Positions 1-8,515 of a DNA stretch of 64,000 nucleotides are shown here, in pieces (the first letter of the stretch is position 1; every line of letters begins with the position of its first letter). Source of the stretch: an uncultured Chromatiales bacterium. Its GTDB lineage: Bacteria > Pseudomonadota > Gammaproteobacteria > Chromatiales > Chromatiaceae. The position numbers were made by a program, and so were the translations under genes. The notes below the pieces were generated by a model. It was not told the DNA's origin. It saw nothing but the letters and a program-made list of their open reading frames with translations, and made no database searches. The stretch lies in assembly GCA_965368585.1 (NCBI GenBank), contig CBDUNM010000011.1:139-64138 (forward strand), read 5' to 3'.

Positions 1-728
1 GGTGCTGGTCAGATCGTAAAGAAGGACATCAAACTCAACGTTGAACAGATCGCGCCAGCGACCGACCAGGTGATCGAACAGCGCCGTTTTGTGTTCGAGC
101 AACTTGTCGTGGCAGGCATACAGCTTGTGTGGCTCGGCCAGGCCGGCGTCGGCACCGAGCAAATCGGCCAGAGCGCTTTGATCAAACCAGTGCCGATGCA
201 AGCGCCATTCGCTGCCCGGTGACAGCAGCCGATACGCCACCAGTACGAACAGGACCCGTGCCCAACGCGTGCCCTTGCGACTCTTGCGTAGCCGCTCAGA
301 CCAGAATCGATCCAAGCCCAACTGCTCCCACAGTTGTAACGCCAACCAACAACCACCCCAGGTGCGCGCACGACACAGTCGCAGCTGCGATAGGCGCAAC
401 CGCACCACCGATTCGTCGACCACGGCTTCGTCTGTAGGGTCGTCGGGAAACAGCGACAACGAACGTGTCCGATCGGCGCCCTCGTCGAACACCTCGATCG
501 ACTTACGCCAGGCCCGCGCCTGCGAGGAGTTGATCTCGCCCAGATACAGCACATGGCGTTGCGACACCCGTCCACCAGGCAAGCGCCGATTCTCGACGAT
601 GCTCCTCAACTACTGCAGCTGGGACTTGCGGATATATTCCGTCCACCAGGCAAGCGCCGATTCTCGACGATGCTCCAGTACCGGTGCACCTTGCCATCTT
701 TCTTGCGTTTGGTCGCGCGCAGAAACAT
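1..728 (-). mobile_element. IS4/IS1634-like DDE transposase gene, 5' portion (continues past the left window edge); reading frame broken by an internal 71-bp duplication
   Basis: Minus-strand ATG at 726-728 gives MFLRATKRKKDGKVHRYWSIVENRRLPGGR and then runs into a stop. After the second repeat copy a different frame reads SIVENRRLPGGRVSQRHVLYLGEINSSQARAWRKSIEVFDEG...WRLHRHWFDQSALADLLGADAGLAEPHKLYACHDKLLEHKTALFDHLVGRWRDLFNVEFDVLLYDLTST, with no stop down to position 1. This N-terminus matches what I recall for IS4/IS1634-group transposases. The 188-aa ORF in the supplied track (9..575) is a wrong frame of the same DNA. Confidence 0.6.
568..676. repeat. Perfect 38-bp direct repeat (568-605 and 639-676) separated by 33 bp, period 71 bp, inside the transposase 5' end
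   Basis: CCGTCCACCAGGCAAGCGCCGATTCTCGACGATGCTCC occurs twice. It encodes WSIVENRRLPGGR on the minus strand. The 71-bp period is not a multiple of 3. Confidence 0.9.
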
Positions 729-949
729 GGTCACCCATTATCCGCACATCGCGCCCTATGAAAACAACCAAGGTCTTCACTACAGCGGGTTTTCGGCAGT
801 TATCCACAAGAGAAGCTTTGATTTGAAACGTAAAAAATTTTCCAAATCGGCAAATTCAGCGGCGAATCCGCGAAGTTGGGCTAGACGCGGACACGCGCAT
901 GGCCATCGGCAACGCGATCTGGCGTAATAGCTGTTCGCTTTTTTCCGTG

Positions 950-1170
950 GGGCTGATTGCGTTGTCGCAGGCTGGGCGGACGCCCCCCGCATGTGCCGGT
1001 GTCTTCCGTTGTCCTTGAACCGTGAGGTTCAAGTGGGGATCGCGCGTAGCACCTAAGGCTTTCCGCTACGAGGCGGACCTGCACACTGGTCCTACGGAGC
1101 AAGCCCCGAGCTGTAAAGCATAGGCTCAAGGGTTTTAGCGGGCAGACTGCCGAACACCGCAGGGGACGTC
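950..1170 (-). ncRNA. ssrS: 6S RNA (SsrS)
   Basis: It lies directly downstream of zapA on the same strand, as in E. coli. The minus strand contains CCUUGAGCC and AAGCCUUAGG...ACUUGAACCUCACGGUUCAAGG, which match the E. coli 6S segments CCUGAGCC and AAGCCUUAAAA...CCUUGAACCAAGGGUUCAAGG. The ends (CUGCGGUGUUCGGCAG / CUGCGACAACGCA) can form the closing stem. The boundaries are approximate. Confidence 0.7.
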
Positions 1171-1196
1171 CTGTTAACAGGCTAAACCCAAACCGT

Positions 1197-1511
1197 TCAG
1201 AGTTCCAGTTGATTGCTCTCGTTCAGCGCCACTTCGATGCGTTCACGCAGCTGGCGGAGGCGACCGTCAGCCGTCGCGGCGACCTTTACGGTCGATTTCG
1301 CTCCTGCGAGCAGTTCATGTGCAACGTTCAACGCGGTGATGACCGCAATTCGCTCGGTACCAATGACTTTGCCGGAATTCCTTATCTCGCGCATACGGTT
1401 GTCCAGATAGCGCGCCGAGGCGAGCAATTCATCTTCTTCGCCCGCTTCGCAGGCGACTTTGTATTCCTTGTCGAGAATACGCACGGTGACGGGGTGATTG
1501 GGTCTGTTCAC
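1197..1511 (-). CDS. zapA: Cell division protein ZapA
   Basis: 104-aa ORF, VTVRILDKEYKVACEAGEEDELLASARYLDNRMREIR...RIAVITALNVAHEL. Typical ZapA, with zapA-ssrS synteny. Confidence 0.9.
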   Translation of the reverse strand: MNRPNHPVTVRILDKEYKVACEAGEEDELLASARYLDNRMREIRNSGKVIGTERIAVITALNVAHELLAGAKSTVKVAATADGRLRQLRERIEVALNESNQLEL

Positions 1512-1738
1512 GTGTTGGGTTCAAGCGTTTTTAGGCGGGAGATCATGGCTTCCACGCGGTTCCTGGCCAATTCGTTCTTTTTGAGCAAGTTCGAGCGTTC
1601 CGTCGAGAGCTGGTTGTGGCTAGTGCGCAATTTGTTGTTCTCGGCCTTCAGGTGCTCGCAGGCGCGTACAAGTTCGTCCACGCGCACTTCCAGCGCGCGT
1701 AGTTCCTGTTCTGAAATACCGTGGGTCTCATCGGTCAT
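1508..1738 (-). CDS. Small coiled-coil protein (ZapB-like / TIGR02449-type) cotranscribed with zapA
   Basis: 76-aa heptad-rich ORF (ELRALEVRVDELVRACEHLKAENNKLRTSHNQL). It overlaps the zapA start by 4 nt. Confidence 0.75.
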   Translation of the reverse strand: MTDETHGISEQELRALEVRVDELVRACEHLKAENNKLRTSHNQLSTERSNLLKKNELARNRVEAMISRLKTLEPNT

Positions 1739-2001
1739 AACATGCGACTATAGAGTTCGCCCTAATTCCGGTCAACGGGTTAGCCGCACTCGACCCAAAT
1801 TGTGTGATTTTGTGACCCGATTCCGCGGGGGTGAGCGTGGATTAAATCTGAGCGTTCCGCGTCAGCGCCGCTCCGGTTTAGCGGATGGTCTGGAGAAGGG
1901 ATAAACGGGATCGAAAAGCCACTCGTTGCAGCAACGTAAAACCGCCCTCATGATACTATTTGCGTCTGTTTCGACGTTTGACTAACGCAAGCACGCATAC
2001 T

Positions 2002-2580
2002 ATGGAATTCTCGAGTCCATGCCCCTATTCGCTGCTGACAGAGCAGATGGCGCGAAACGGTATTACCGTGTCGCCCGCCGACGCTCACGGCCTTGCGTGT
2101 GCGCTGATTGTGACGGCGACCCAGGACGGGCGCTTGGTTTGGGAAAGAGAACTGCTGTCTGATGCCGAAGGCGACATCGCCATGGACCCCGCTCTGTACG
2201 ATCTGTTGCAACGGCAATACGCCGACCTTGAAGCGCGTGTCGAATCTCCCGATTTCTCGTTGTCGCTCTGCCTCCCCGGCGCGGACGAGGCGCTTGCGCA
2301 ACGCGTGGCGGGCCTGCGCGAATGGTGTCACGGATTCTTATTCGGTTTGGGGGTGGCCGGCCGGGAACGCGTGACCGGATTGCGCGATGACGCTGCAGAA
2401 GCGCTGCGCGATTTGACCGAGATTACCAGACTGGACGCCAGCCAGGTTGGATCCGATGCCACCGACGAAGCTTCACTGGTCGAATTGGAAGAGTACGTTC
2501 GAGTGGCGGTCATACTTATTAAAGAGGGCATGCAGGCACCAACCAGGAGTAAGCAGGGGGCGGCCAATGACGTCGAGTGA
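2002..2580 (+). CDS. ygfB: UPF0149 family protein YgfB
   Basis: ORF track 1960..2580. I prefer the ATG at 2002 (MEFSSPCPYSLLTEQMARNGITVSPADAHGLACALIV). Acidic C-terminus and a position upstream of pepP, as in E. coli. Confidence 0.8.
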   Translation: MEFSSPCPYSLLTEQMARNGITVSPADAHGLACALIVTATQDGRLVWERELLSDAEGDIAMDPALYDLLQRQYADLEARVESPDFSLSLCLPGADEALAQRVAGLREWCHGFLFGLGVAGRERVTGLRDDAAEALRDLTEITRLDASQVGSDATDEASLVELEEYVRVAVILIKEGMQAPTRSKQGAANDVE

Positions 2581-3874
2581 GTTCAAACGCCGCCGTCGGC
2601 AGATTATGCGCATGATGGGGTCGAACAGTATTGCCATATTACCGACGGCGCCGGAGGCCGTGCGCAATCGCGATGTGCAGTATCCGTTTCGCCCAGACAG
2701 CGATTTTTGCTATCTCACCGGCTTTCCTGAACCCGAAGCCGTCGCGGTGCTGATCCCAGGTCGGCCTCAAGGCGAGTTCATCCTGTTCTGCCGCGAGCGG
2801 GATCCTAAGAAAGAACAGTGGGACGGGTTCCGTGCGGGCCAAGACGGCGCGATCGAGCAGTACGGTGCCGACGACTCGTTCCCGATCACCGACCTTGAAG
2901 ATATCCTGCCGCGGATGCTGGAGCAATGTGAGCGGGTGTTCTATGCCATGGGCTGCAACCCGGACCTGGACCGTCATTTGTCGGAGTGGGTGAGTGATAT
3001 CCGCTGCCAGTCGCGTTTGGGGATACAGGGGCCGGTCGAGTTCATCGCGCTTGATCATTATTTGCATGATATGCGTCTGTACAAAAGCCGCTCAGAGATC
3101 GCTGCAATGCGCCGCGCCGCCAGAATTTCCGCCGCGGCGCACAAGCGCCTGATGCGCGAATGCAAACCCGGCATGAAGGAGTACGAACTGGAAGCTGCCT
3201 TTGTTCACGCCTGTGCGTGTAAGGGCGCGAGGCAACAGGCTTACCCGGCGATCGTCGGGGGCGGTAACAACGCGTGTATTCTCCACTACGTCGACAACAG
3301 CGAAACGCTATCCGAGGGCGACCTGGTTCTCGTCGACGCCGGTTGCGAAATGGACTACTACGCGTCGGATATCACGCGTACGTATCCGGTCGCCGGACAA
3401 TTCAGTCCGGTGCAGCGCGAGTTGTACGAACTGGTACTCGAAGCGCAACACGCTGCAATCGAGCGAGTACGTCCGGGAAATACCTGGAACGATCCCCACG
3501 ATGCGGCCGTCAGGGTATTGACCAAAGGCCTGGTGAAGCTCGGGTTGCTGAAAGGCCGGGTCAACACGCTGATCAAGAACAAGGCATACGCAAAGTTTTA
3601 CATGCACCGCACAGGCCATTGGCTGGGCATGGACGTCCACGACGTCGGTGACTACAAAATCGACGGGCATTGGCGGCAGTTGGAGCCGGGTATGGTACTG
3701 ACCGTCGAACCGGGTATCTACATTCCCAAGGGAACCCGGGGCGTACACAAGCGCTGGCGCGGCATCGGTATTCGTATCGAGGACGACGTTCTGGTAACCA
3801 GGAACGAACCCGACGTCCTGACTCGAGACGCGCCCAAGACAGTTGATGATATAGAGGCGCTGATGGCGGTATGA
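2567..3874 (+). CDS. pepP: Xaa-Pro aminopeptidase (M24B)
   Basis: Start moved to the ATG at 2567 (MTSSEFKRRRRQIM). Motifs DAGCEMDYYASDITRT, HRTGHWLGMDVHD, EPGIY and IRIEDDV. ygfB-pepP-ubiH synteny. Confidence 0.93.
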   Translation: MTSSEFKRRRRQIMRMMGSNSIAILPTAPEAVRNRDVQYPFRPDSDFCYLTGFPEPEAVAVLIPGRPQGEFILFCRERDPKKEQWDGFRAGQDGAIEQYGADDSFPITDLEDILPRMLEQCERVFYAMGCNPDLDRHLSEWVSDIRCQSRLGIQGPVEFIALDHYLHDMRLYKSRSEIAAMRRAARISAAAHKRLMRECKPGMKEYELEAAFVHACACKGARQQAYPAIVGGGNNACILHYVDNSETLSEGDLVLVDAGCEMDYYASDITRTYPVAGQFSPVQRELYELVLEAQHAAIERVRPGNTWNDPHDAAVRVLTKGLVKLGLLKGRVNTLIKNKAYAKFYMHRTGHWLGMDVHDVGDYKIDGHWRQLEPGMVLTVEPGIYIPKGTRGVHKRWRGIGIRIEDDVLVTRNEPDVLTRDAPKTVDDIEALMAV

Positions 3875-5100
3875 GCAATTCGCCCGACTATGATCTGTTG
3901 ATCGTCGGCGGCGGCATGGTCGGCGTCAGTCTGGCGTTGGGGTTGGCCGGGCGCGGGATACGTTTGGGCATCATCGAGGCGGCCAATCCGGCGATAACCT
4001 CGCCGCCGAGTTACGACGACCGGGGGATCGCGCTGGCGTATGGCTCCAGACGGATCTTCGATGGCCTGCAGCTGTGGCCTTCGATTGCGCCCCTGGCCGA
4101 ACCGATACGCGAGATCCACGTCTCCGACCGCGGTCATTTCGGGTTTACCCGCCTCTTGGCCGAAGCTGAGCGGGTGCCTGCGTTGGGCTATGTGATTACC
4201 GGGCGCGAACTGGGCGGCGCATTGTTGGGTGCGTTGCAGGCACGAGCGGGGGTCAGTCTGATCGCCCCAGCGCGTGTCAAGGGAATCGACATGGAACCAC
4301 GCGCCAATTGGCTGCGGCTCGAGACCCCTGACGGTGAAAGGAAATTGTCCGCGAAACTGGTAGTGGCGGCAGACGGTGGAGATTCGTTTGTGCGCCAGGC
4401 GCTCAACATTCCGGTGCGCCGCTGGGAATATGGGCAGCATGCAATCGTTACCAATATCACTCCCGAACAACCGCCGGCTGGCGTCGCATTCGAACGCTTC
4501 ACGGAAAGCGGCCCGGTTGCCTTGCTTCCCATGCGCGAGCAGCGTTGCGCCCTGGTCTGGACGGTGCGCGACGAAGAACTGGCGCAGGCTGTCGCGCTGA
4601 ACGACGCACGGTTCATCGAGCAGTTTCAGCGCCGCTTCGGGTTCCGTCTGGGCCGTTTTGTAAGAGTCGGGCGCCGGCATTCGTATCCGCTCTCCTTTGT
4701 CCGCGCGCGCGCATCGATCGGGCCGCGAGTCGCAGTGATCGGGAATGCCGCGCATACCCTGCATCCGGTTGCGGGACAGGGCTTTAATCTCGGCTTGCGC
4801 GACGTCGCGGCGCTCGCGGAAGTGGTAACCGACGCGCATAGGGCCGGCGGTGACGTCGGCAGTCCCGCCACGCTCGCCGCATACGAGCGGTGGCGCAGTC
4901 GCGAACAGCGGGCGGTCGCCTTGGCAACGGATGGCCTGGTGCGCGTTTTTTCAAATCCCCTGGCGCCGGTGCGGGCGGCACGCAACTTGAGCATGCTTGC
5001 GCTCGACGCACTACCGTTCTCCAAACACCTGTTGGCAAAGTCGGCCATGGGTACACTGGGTGCCTTGCCGAAGCTGGCACGGGGTTTGAGCCTTGATTGA
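3871..5100 (+). CDS. ubiH: 2-octaprenyl-6-methoxyphenol hydroxylase (FAD-dependent)
   Basis: DYDLLIVGGGMVG dinucleotide fold, GNAAHTLHPVAGQGFNLGLRD. ATGA overlap with pepP. Confidence 0.9.
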   Translation: MSNSPDYDLLIVGGGMVGVSLALGLAGRGIRLGIIEAANPAITSPPSYDDRGIALAYGSRRIFDGLQLWPSIAPLAEPIREIHVSDRGHFGFTRLLAEAERVPALGYVITGRELGGALLGALQARAGVSLIAPARVKGIDMEPRANWLRLETPDGERKLSAKLVVAADGGDSFVRQALNIPVRRWEYGQHAIVTNITPEQPPAGVAFERFTESGPVALLPMREQRCALVWTVRDEELAQAVALNDARFIEQFQRRFGFRLGRFVRVGRRHSYPLSFVRARASIGPRVAVIGNAAHTLHPVAGQGFNLGLRDVAALAEVVTDAHRAGGDVGSPATLAAYERWRSREQRAVALATDGLVRVFSNPLAPVRAARNLSMLALDALPFSKHLLAKSAMGTLGALPKLARGLSLD

Positions 5101-6322
5101 CACGCATGCGCCAGACCGAACCGAGATCGTCGTTGTCGGGGGCGGTATCGTGGGAGCCGCATTGGCCTGCGCCTTGGCGCGGGCCAAGTTCGAGGTGGTG
5201 CTAATCGAAGCGCAGCCACCCGTCACGGTTTGGGAGCGCGGCAGTTACGATTTGCGCGTGTCCGCCATCACCCGCGCCTCGCAGGCAATGCTCATGAACC
5301 TGGAAGTGTGGGGCGACATTGCCTCGGAGCGGGCGACACCCTATCGACGTATGCACGTCTGGGACCAGGCGGGCTTTGGCGAGATCGAATTCACGGCCAT
5401 GGACGTCGGTGAGCCGGATCTTGGACATATCGTCGAGAATCGGGTCACCCAACGCGCGCTGTGGCGCTGTTGCCGGAGTGCCCCTGAGCTGTGCTTGATC
5501 TCGCCTGGCGTCGTCGAGGGATTGGCGGCATCGGGCTCGGGCATGCGCCTGCGGTTGAGCAGCGGTGTGCAGATCCGAGCCGATCTTGTGATAGCGGCGG
5601 ACGGCGCCCGGTCCAAGATGCGTGATCTCGCGGGTATCGAGGTCCAGGGCTGGGCGTACGATCAACATGCCCTCGTCGCAACCGTCAAGCCCGCTAGCGG
5701 TCACAACGAAACGGCATGGCAGCACTTCATGCCGACCGGACCGTTGGCACTGTTACCGTTGCACGACGATCTCTTTTCGATTGTTTGGTCGACCTCGCCG
5801 CAACACGCCGAGGAACTGCTTGCCGCAGAGCCGGATGCCTTTGGCAGAGGGCTGACCGAAGCCAGCGAGGGCCGGGTCGGCGCGATGGCCCTGCAAGGGC
5901 CGCGCGCCGTTTTCCCGCTGCATCTGCAACGCACCATGAACTATGTGAAGCCCGGGATCGCCCTGGTGGGGGATGCGGCGCATGTCATCCACCCGCTGGC
6001 GGGCCAGGGTGTCAACCTGGGTTTGCTGGATGCCGCTACCTTGGTTGATATCCTGGTGGATGCTCGTCGCACGGGTCGAGCGTTCGGCGGTCAGGCCACG
6101 TTGCGCCGTTACGAACGCGCCCGCAAAGGCGACAACTTGCTGATGCAGTTTACCATGGATTTTTTCAAGCGATTGTTTAGTAACGACATATTTCCGTTGA
6201 AGGCGGCCCGAAACCTGGGGCTGGGAGCAGTTGACCGAGTCACTCCGTTGAAACGTCTGCTGGCGCAGACGGCCTTGGGGTCGGGGGAGGGCATGCCGAG
6301 CTTAACGCGATACCCCCATTAA
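5093..6322 (+). CDS. ubiI: FAD-dependent ubiquinone biosynthesis hydroxylase (UbiI/VisC/UbiF family)
   Basis: IVVVGGGIVGAA, GDAAHVIHPLAGQGVNLGLLD. TTG start overlapping the ubiH stop. Its position after ubiH matches E. coli visC. Confidence 0.8.
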   Translation: MIDTHAPDRTEIVVVGGGIVGAALACALARAKFEVVLIEAQPPVTVWERGSYDLRVSAITRASQAMLMNLEVWGDIASERATPYRRMHVWDQAGFGEIEFTAMDVGEPDLGHIVENRVTQRALWRCCRSAPELCLISPGVVEGLAASGSGMRLRLSSGVQIRADLVIAADGARSKMRDLAGIEVQGWAYDQHALVATVKPASGHNETAWQHFMPTGPLALLPLHDDLFSIVWSTSPQHAEELLAAEPDAFGRGLTEASEGRVGAMALQGPRAVFPLHLQRTMNYVKPGIALVGDAAHVIHPLAGQGVNLGLLDAATLVDILVDARRTGRAFGGQATLRRYERARKGDNLLMQFTMDFFKRLFSNDIFPLKAARNLGLGAVDRVTPLKRLLAQTALGSGEGMPSLTRYPH

Positions 6323-6690
6323 CCCGAATGGCACTTACTTACGGCGATACGGCTCGTTTCTGGGGGAAACGTCGGTGGCGGGGGTCAGCCTGCGCAGGAG
6401 TGAACGCCCTTGCCATGGACGAAAAGGGCTGGACCTATTTGTGCAGCAGGGACTGCGGAGTAACAAAGATTTGACGGCGATTTCCGGAAGAAACGAGCCG
6501 CGTCGGCGGGCCAACTTCTCTACGATTGCCGCTATTGCCAAGTAGGTGTAACCCCATCCTCGTGATTCACGCACCGCGATACTAGCAGATATAACGAAAC
6601 GCGATGGCGACTGAATGTTTCGTTACAACGTTACATCTATCCTACTCGGGAAAAATTCGAAAAAACATTAAATAACAATAAGATATAAGT

Positions 6691-6706
6691 TGGCACAGGC
6701 TCTGCA
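6691..6706 (+). promoter_or_regulatory. Candidate sigma-54 (-24/-12) promoter upstream of the ECF sigma gene
   Basis: TGGCACAGGCTCTGCA fits TGGCACG-N4-TTGCW with exact GG-N10-GC spacing, about 40 nt upstream of the ATG at 6747. It is preceded by an AT-rich tract and by the inverted repeat TAACGAAAC-N16-GTTTCGTTA (6592-6625). Confidence 0.5.
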
Positions 6707-6746
6707 TTGTCTACCGCAGACACCAAACCGGAAAGAGGAAGCCAAC

Positions 6747-7295
6747 ATGAGCATTGGAATTGCCACCGCTAATTCCTGGAACCTGGACGCCCCTGCAGGT
6801 AGCGAGCTTGCGCGACAAGCCCGATTCGACGCCCTGGTTGCCGCACACCTGGACAGCCTCTATCGCTACGCTTACTGGCTGGTCAAGGACCGCTCAGTTG
6901 CCGACGACCTGGTGCAGGAGACCATGCTGCGCGCCTGGCGCTCGATCGACAAACTCAACGAACCCAAGGCTGCCAAGGGCTGGTTGAACACCATTCTGCG
7001 GCGTGAGAATGCGCGTCGCTTCGAACGTTTCCAACCGCAGGAGTCGGGCATACCGGTAGAGGAACTCAGCGATCACCACCGCGACTACGACACGTCGACC
7101 GAGGCCTTCGTGCTGCGCCAGGCGCTGGAAAAGTTGCCGGACGCCTTCCGCGAACCCTTGCTGATGCAGATCATCCACGGCTATTCGCAAGCGGAGATCG
7201 CCGCGCACCTGGGCTTGTCGATCGCCGGCGCCGGGACGCGTCTGTTTCGCGCGCGGCAAAAGCTGCGGGAACTGGTCGAGGGTACTCAGGGGTGA
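6747..7295 (+). CDS. ECF-type RNA polymerase sigma-70 family factor
   Basis: Start at the ATG at 6747 after RBS AGAGGA. Region 2 reads YRYAYWLVKDRSVADDLVQETMLRAW; region 4 HTH reads YSQAEIAAHLGLSIAGAGTRLFRARQKL. Confidence 0.9.
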   Translation: MSIGIATANSWNLDAPAGSELARQARFDALVAAHLDSLYRYAYWLVKDRSVADDLVQETMLRAWRSIDKLNEPKAAKGWLNTILRRENARRFERFQPQESGIPVEELSDHHRDYDTSTEAFVLRQALEKLPDAFREPLLMQIIHGYSQAEIAAHLGLSIAGAGTRLFRARQKLRELVEGTQG

Positions 7296-7640
7296 TGCGC
7301 CGGCTGCTGGTGGAGGACGATCAATCCTTGCGCCTGATGTTTCTGGGGGGCTCGGCGACCTCGGCTATGTCATCGAAGCGGTCGCGAGCGCCGATGAGGC
7401 ACTGCGACGTGCCGCGACGCGCCCGTTCGATTTCGCGCTTTTGGACTGTGGTCCGCCCCACGCTTGAGGACCCGCGCTGTACGAGCGCCTGCACGCGAGT
7501 TACGCCCGCGCCTGCGCACAGTGCTGAGGAGTGGTGCGCCCGGTCTTTACGCCGGGTCAGGAATACCGCCCGGAACGATACTCGCCAAGCCTGTTTCTTT
7601 GCACCAACTCCACCGGCTGTTCGCTGGACAGGACACTAGC
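7295..7640 (+). pseudogene. Decayed single-domain response regulator (receiver) gene
   Basis: Receiver-like sequence is spread over three frames: RRLLVEDDQSLRLMF / LGDLGYVIEAVASADEALRRAATRPFDFALLDCGPPHA-stop-GPALYERLHAS / TVLRSGAPGLYAGSGIPPGTILAKPVSLHQLHRLF. There is a frameshift at a G6 run (7345-7350), an in-frame TGA at 7465-7467, and at least one further frameshift. Confidence 0.6.
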
Positions 7641-7965
7641 CGTTGTTGGACACGGCTTTGACGACTCGCTTGCGAAAAACCTTCATTTCCTTGGCCGCCT
7701 GAACGTCGCCTCTACGCATCGCCACCTCGATACCCCGGTCAAATGCATCCAGTGCCGAGGCATAATGGCCGGCACTCGCGAGGGCCTTGCCATAGAGCTT
7801 CCAGGCTGCGGAGTATTCCGGATCCATCGCCACGGCCCGGGCGAGATGCTCACCGGCCGGTTCGTAAGCATCCTCTTTGAGATATTCCGCGCCTAGACTG
7901 TAACGCAACAAGGCGTTGTCTTTTCCCGCCGCCAGCATATTCTCCAGGTTGTCTCGAATCCCCAT
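7636..7965 (-). CDS. Small tetratricopeptide-repeat protein
   Basis: 109-aa ORF with TPR-like helices (LRYSLGAEYLKEDAYEPAGEHLARAVAMDPEYSAAWKLYGKALASAGHYASALDAFDRGI). Confidence 0.8.
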   Translation of the reverse strand: MGIRDNLENMLAAGKDNALLRYSLGAEYLKEDAYEPAGEHLARAVAMDPEYSAAWKLYGKALASAGHYASALDAFDRGIEVAMRRGDVQAAKEMKVFRKRVVKAVSNNG

Positions 7966-8094
7966 CCTCTGCTACCCGGTTGATCGCTAATCACCAACCT
8001 TTGCGAGAAACACCCTCGTTTGAACGAAATCAATTTCGTCGCGCTAGTAACGCCGCGCCAATCGTTCCAGCCCAACCCGGCAGGGACCGCCCGC

Positions 8095-8505
8095 TTATTC
8101 AGTCACCTTGCCGCGCAGCCGCTTCAGCTGCCCGCGCTTGGTCTTGCCGTCCACACGCTTACGCTGCGAAGATCGCGTCGGCTTGGTCGGCAGCCTCTTC
8201 TTACGAGTGACCGTCGCCCGCCGTATGAGTTCCTTCAATCGCTCCAGCGCTTCGGTCCGGTTCTTTTCCTGCGTACGATGCGTCTGCGCCTTGATAACGA
8301 CGATACCTTCTTTACTGATACGGCCGTCGGTGAGTGTCAACAGTTTCGCCTTTACGCCCTCGGGTAAGGTCGACGCATGGATATCGAATCTCAGATGGAT
8401 GGCACTGGATACCTTGTTGACGTTTTGTCCGCCCGCGCCGCGCGCGCGGATCGGAACAAACTCGATTTCTTCGTCCGGGATCCGCAAACGGTTGGATATC
8501 TCCAC
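8095..8505 (-). CDS. arfB: Alternative ribosome-rescue factor ArfB (peptidyl-tRNA hydrolase, GGQ)
   Basis: 136 aa with RARGAGGQNVNKVSSAIHLRF and a basic C-terminal tail. Confidence 0.9.
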   Translation of the reverse strand: MEISNRLRIPDEEIEFVPIRARGAGGQNVNKVSSAIHLRFDIHASTLPEGVKAKLLTLTDGRISKEGIVVIKAQTHRTQEKNRTEALERLKELIRRATVTRKKRLPTKPTRSSQRKRVDGKTKRGQLKRLRGKVTE

Positions 8506-8515
8506 GCGCAGTCCC

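Noticed and set aside
9-575. 188-aa minus-strand ORF from the supplied track in the IS region.
   Set aside because: It is a wrong frame of the transposase gene. The frame giving SIVENRRLPGGRVSQRHVLYLGEINSSQ... is open to the window edge and is transposase-like, but it was not listed because it has no stop or start inside the window.
6335-6574. 79-aa minus-strand ORF between ubiI and the ECF sigma gene.
   Set aside because: No RBS, no recognisable motif, and it overlaps the presumed regulatory region of the sigma gene.
6861-6870. GGACAGCCTC, a 10-nt match to the MITE right end, inside the ECF sigma gene.
   Set aside because: It encodes LDSL in a well-supported CDS with no flanking element-like sequence, so it is a chance match. 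I use it as a caution for the short right-end match at 43303-43313.
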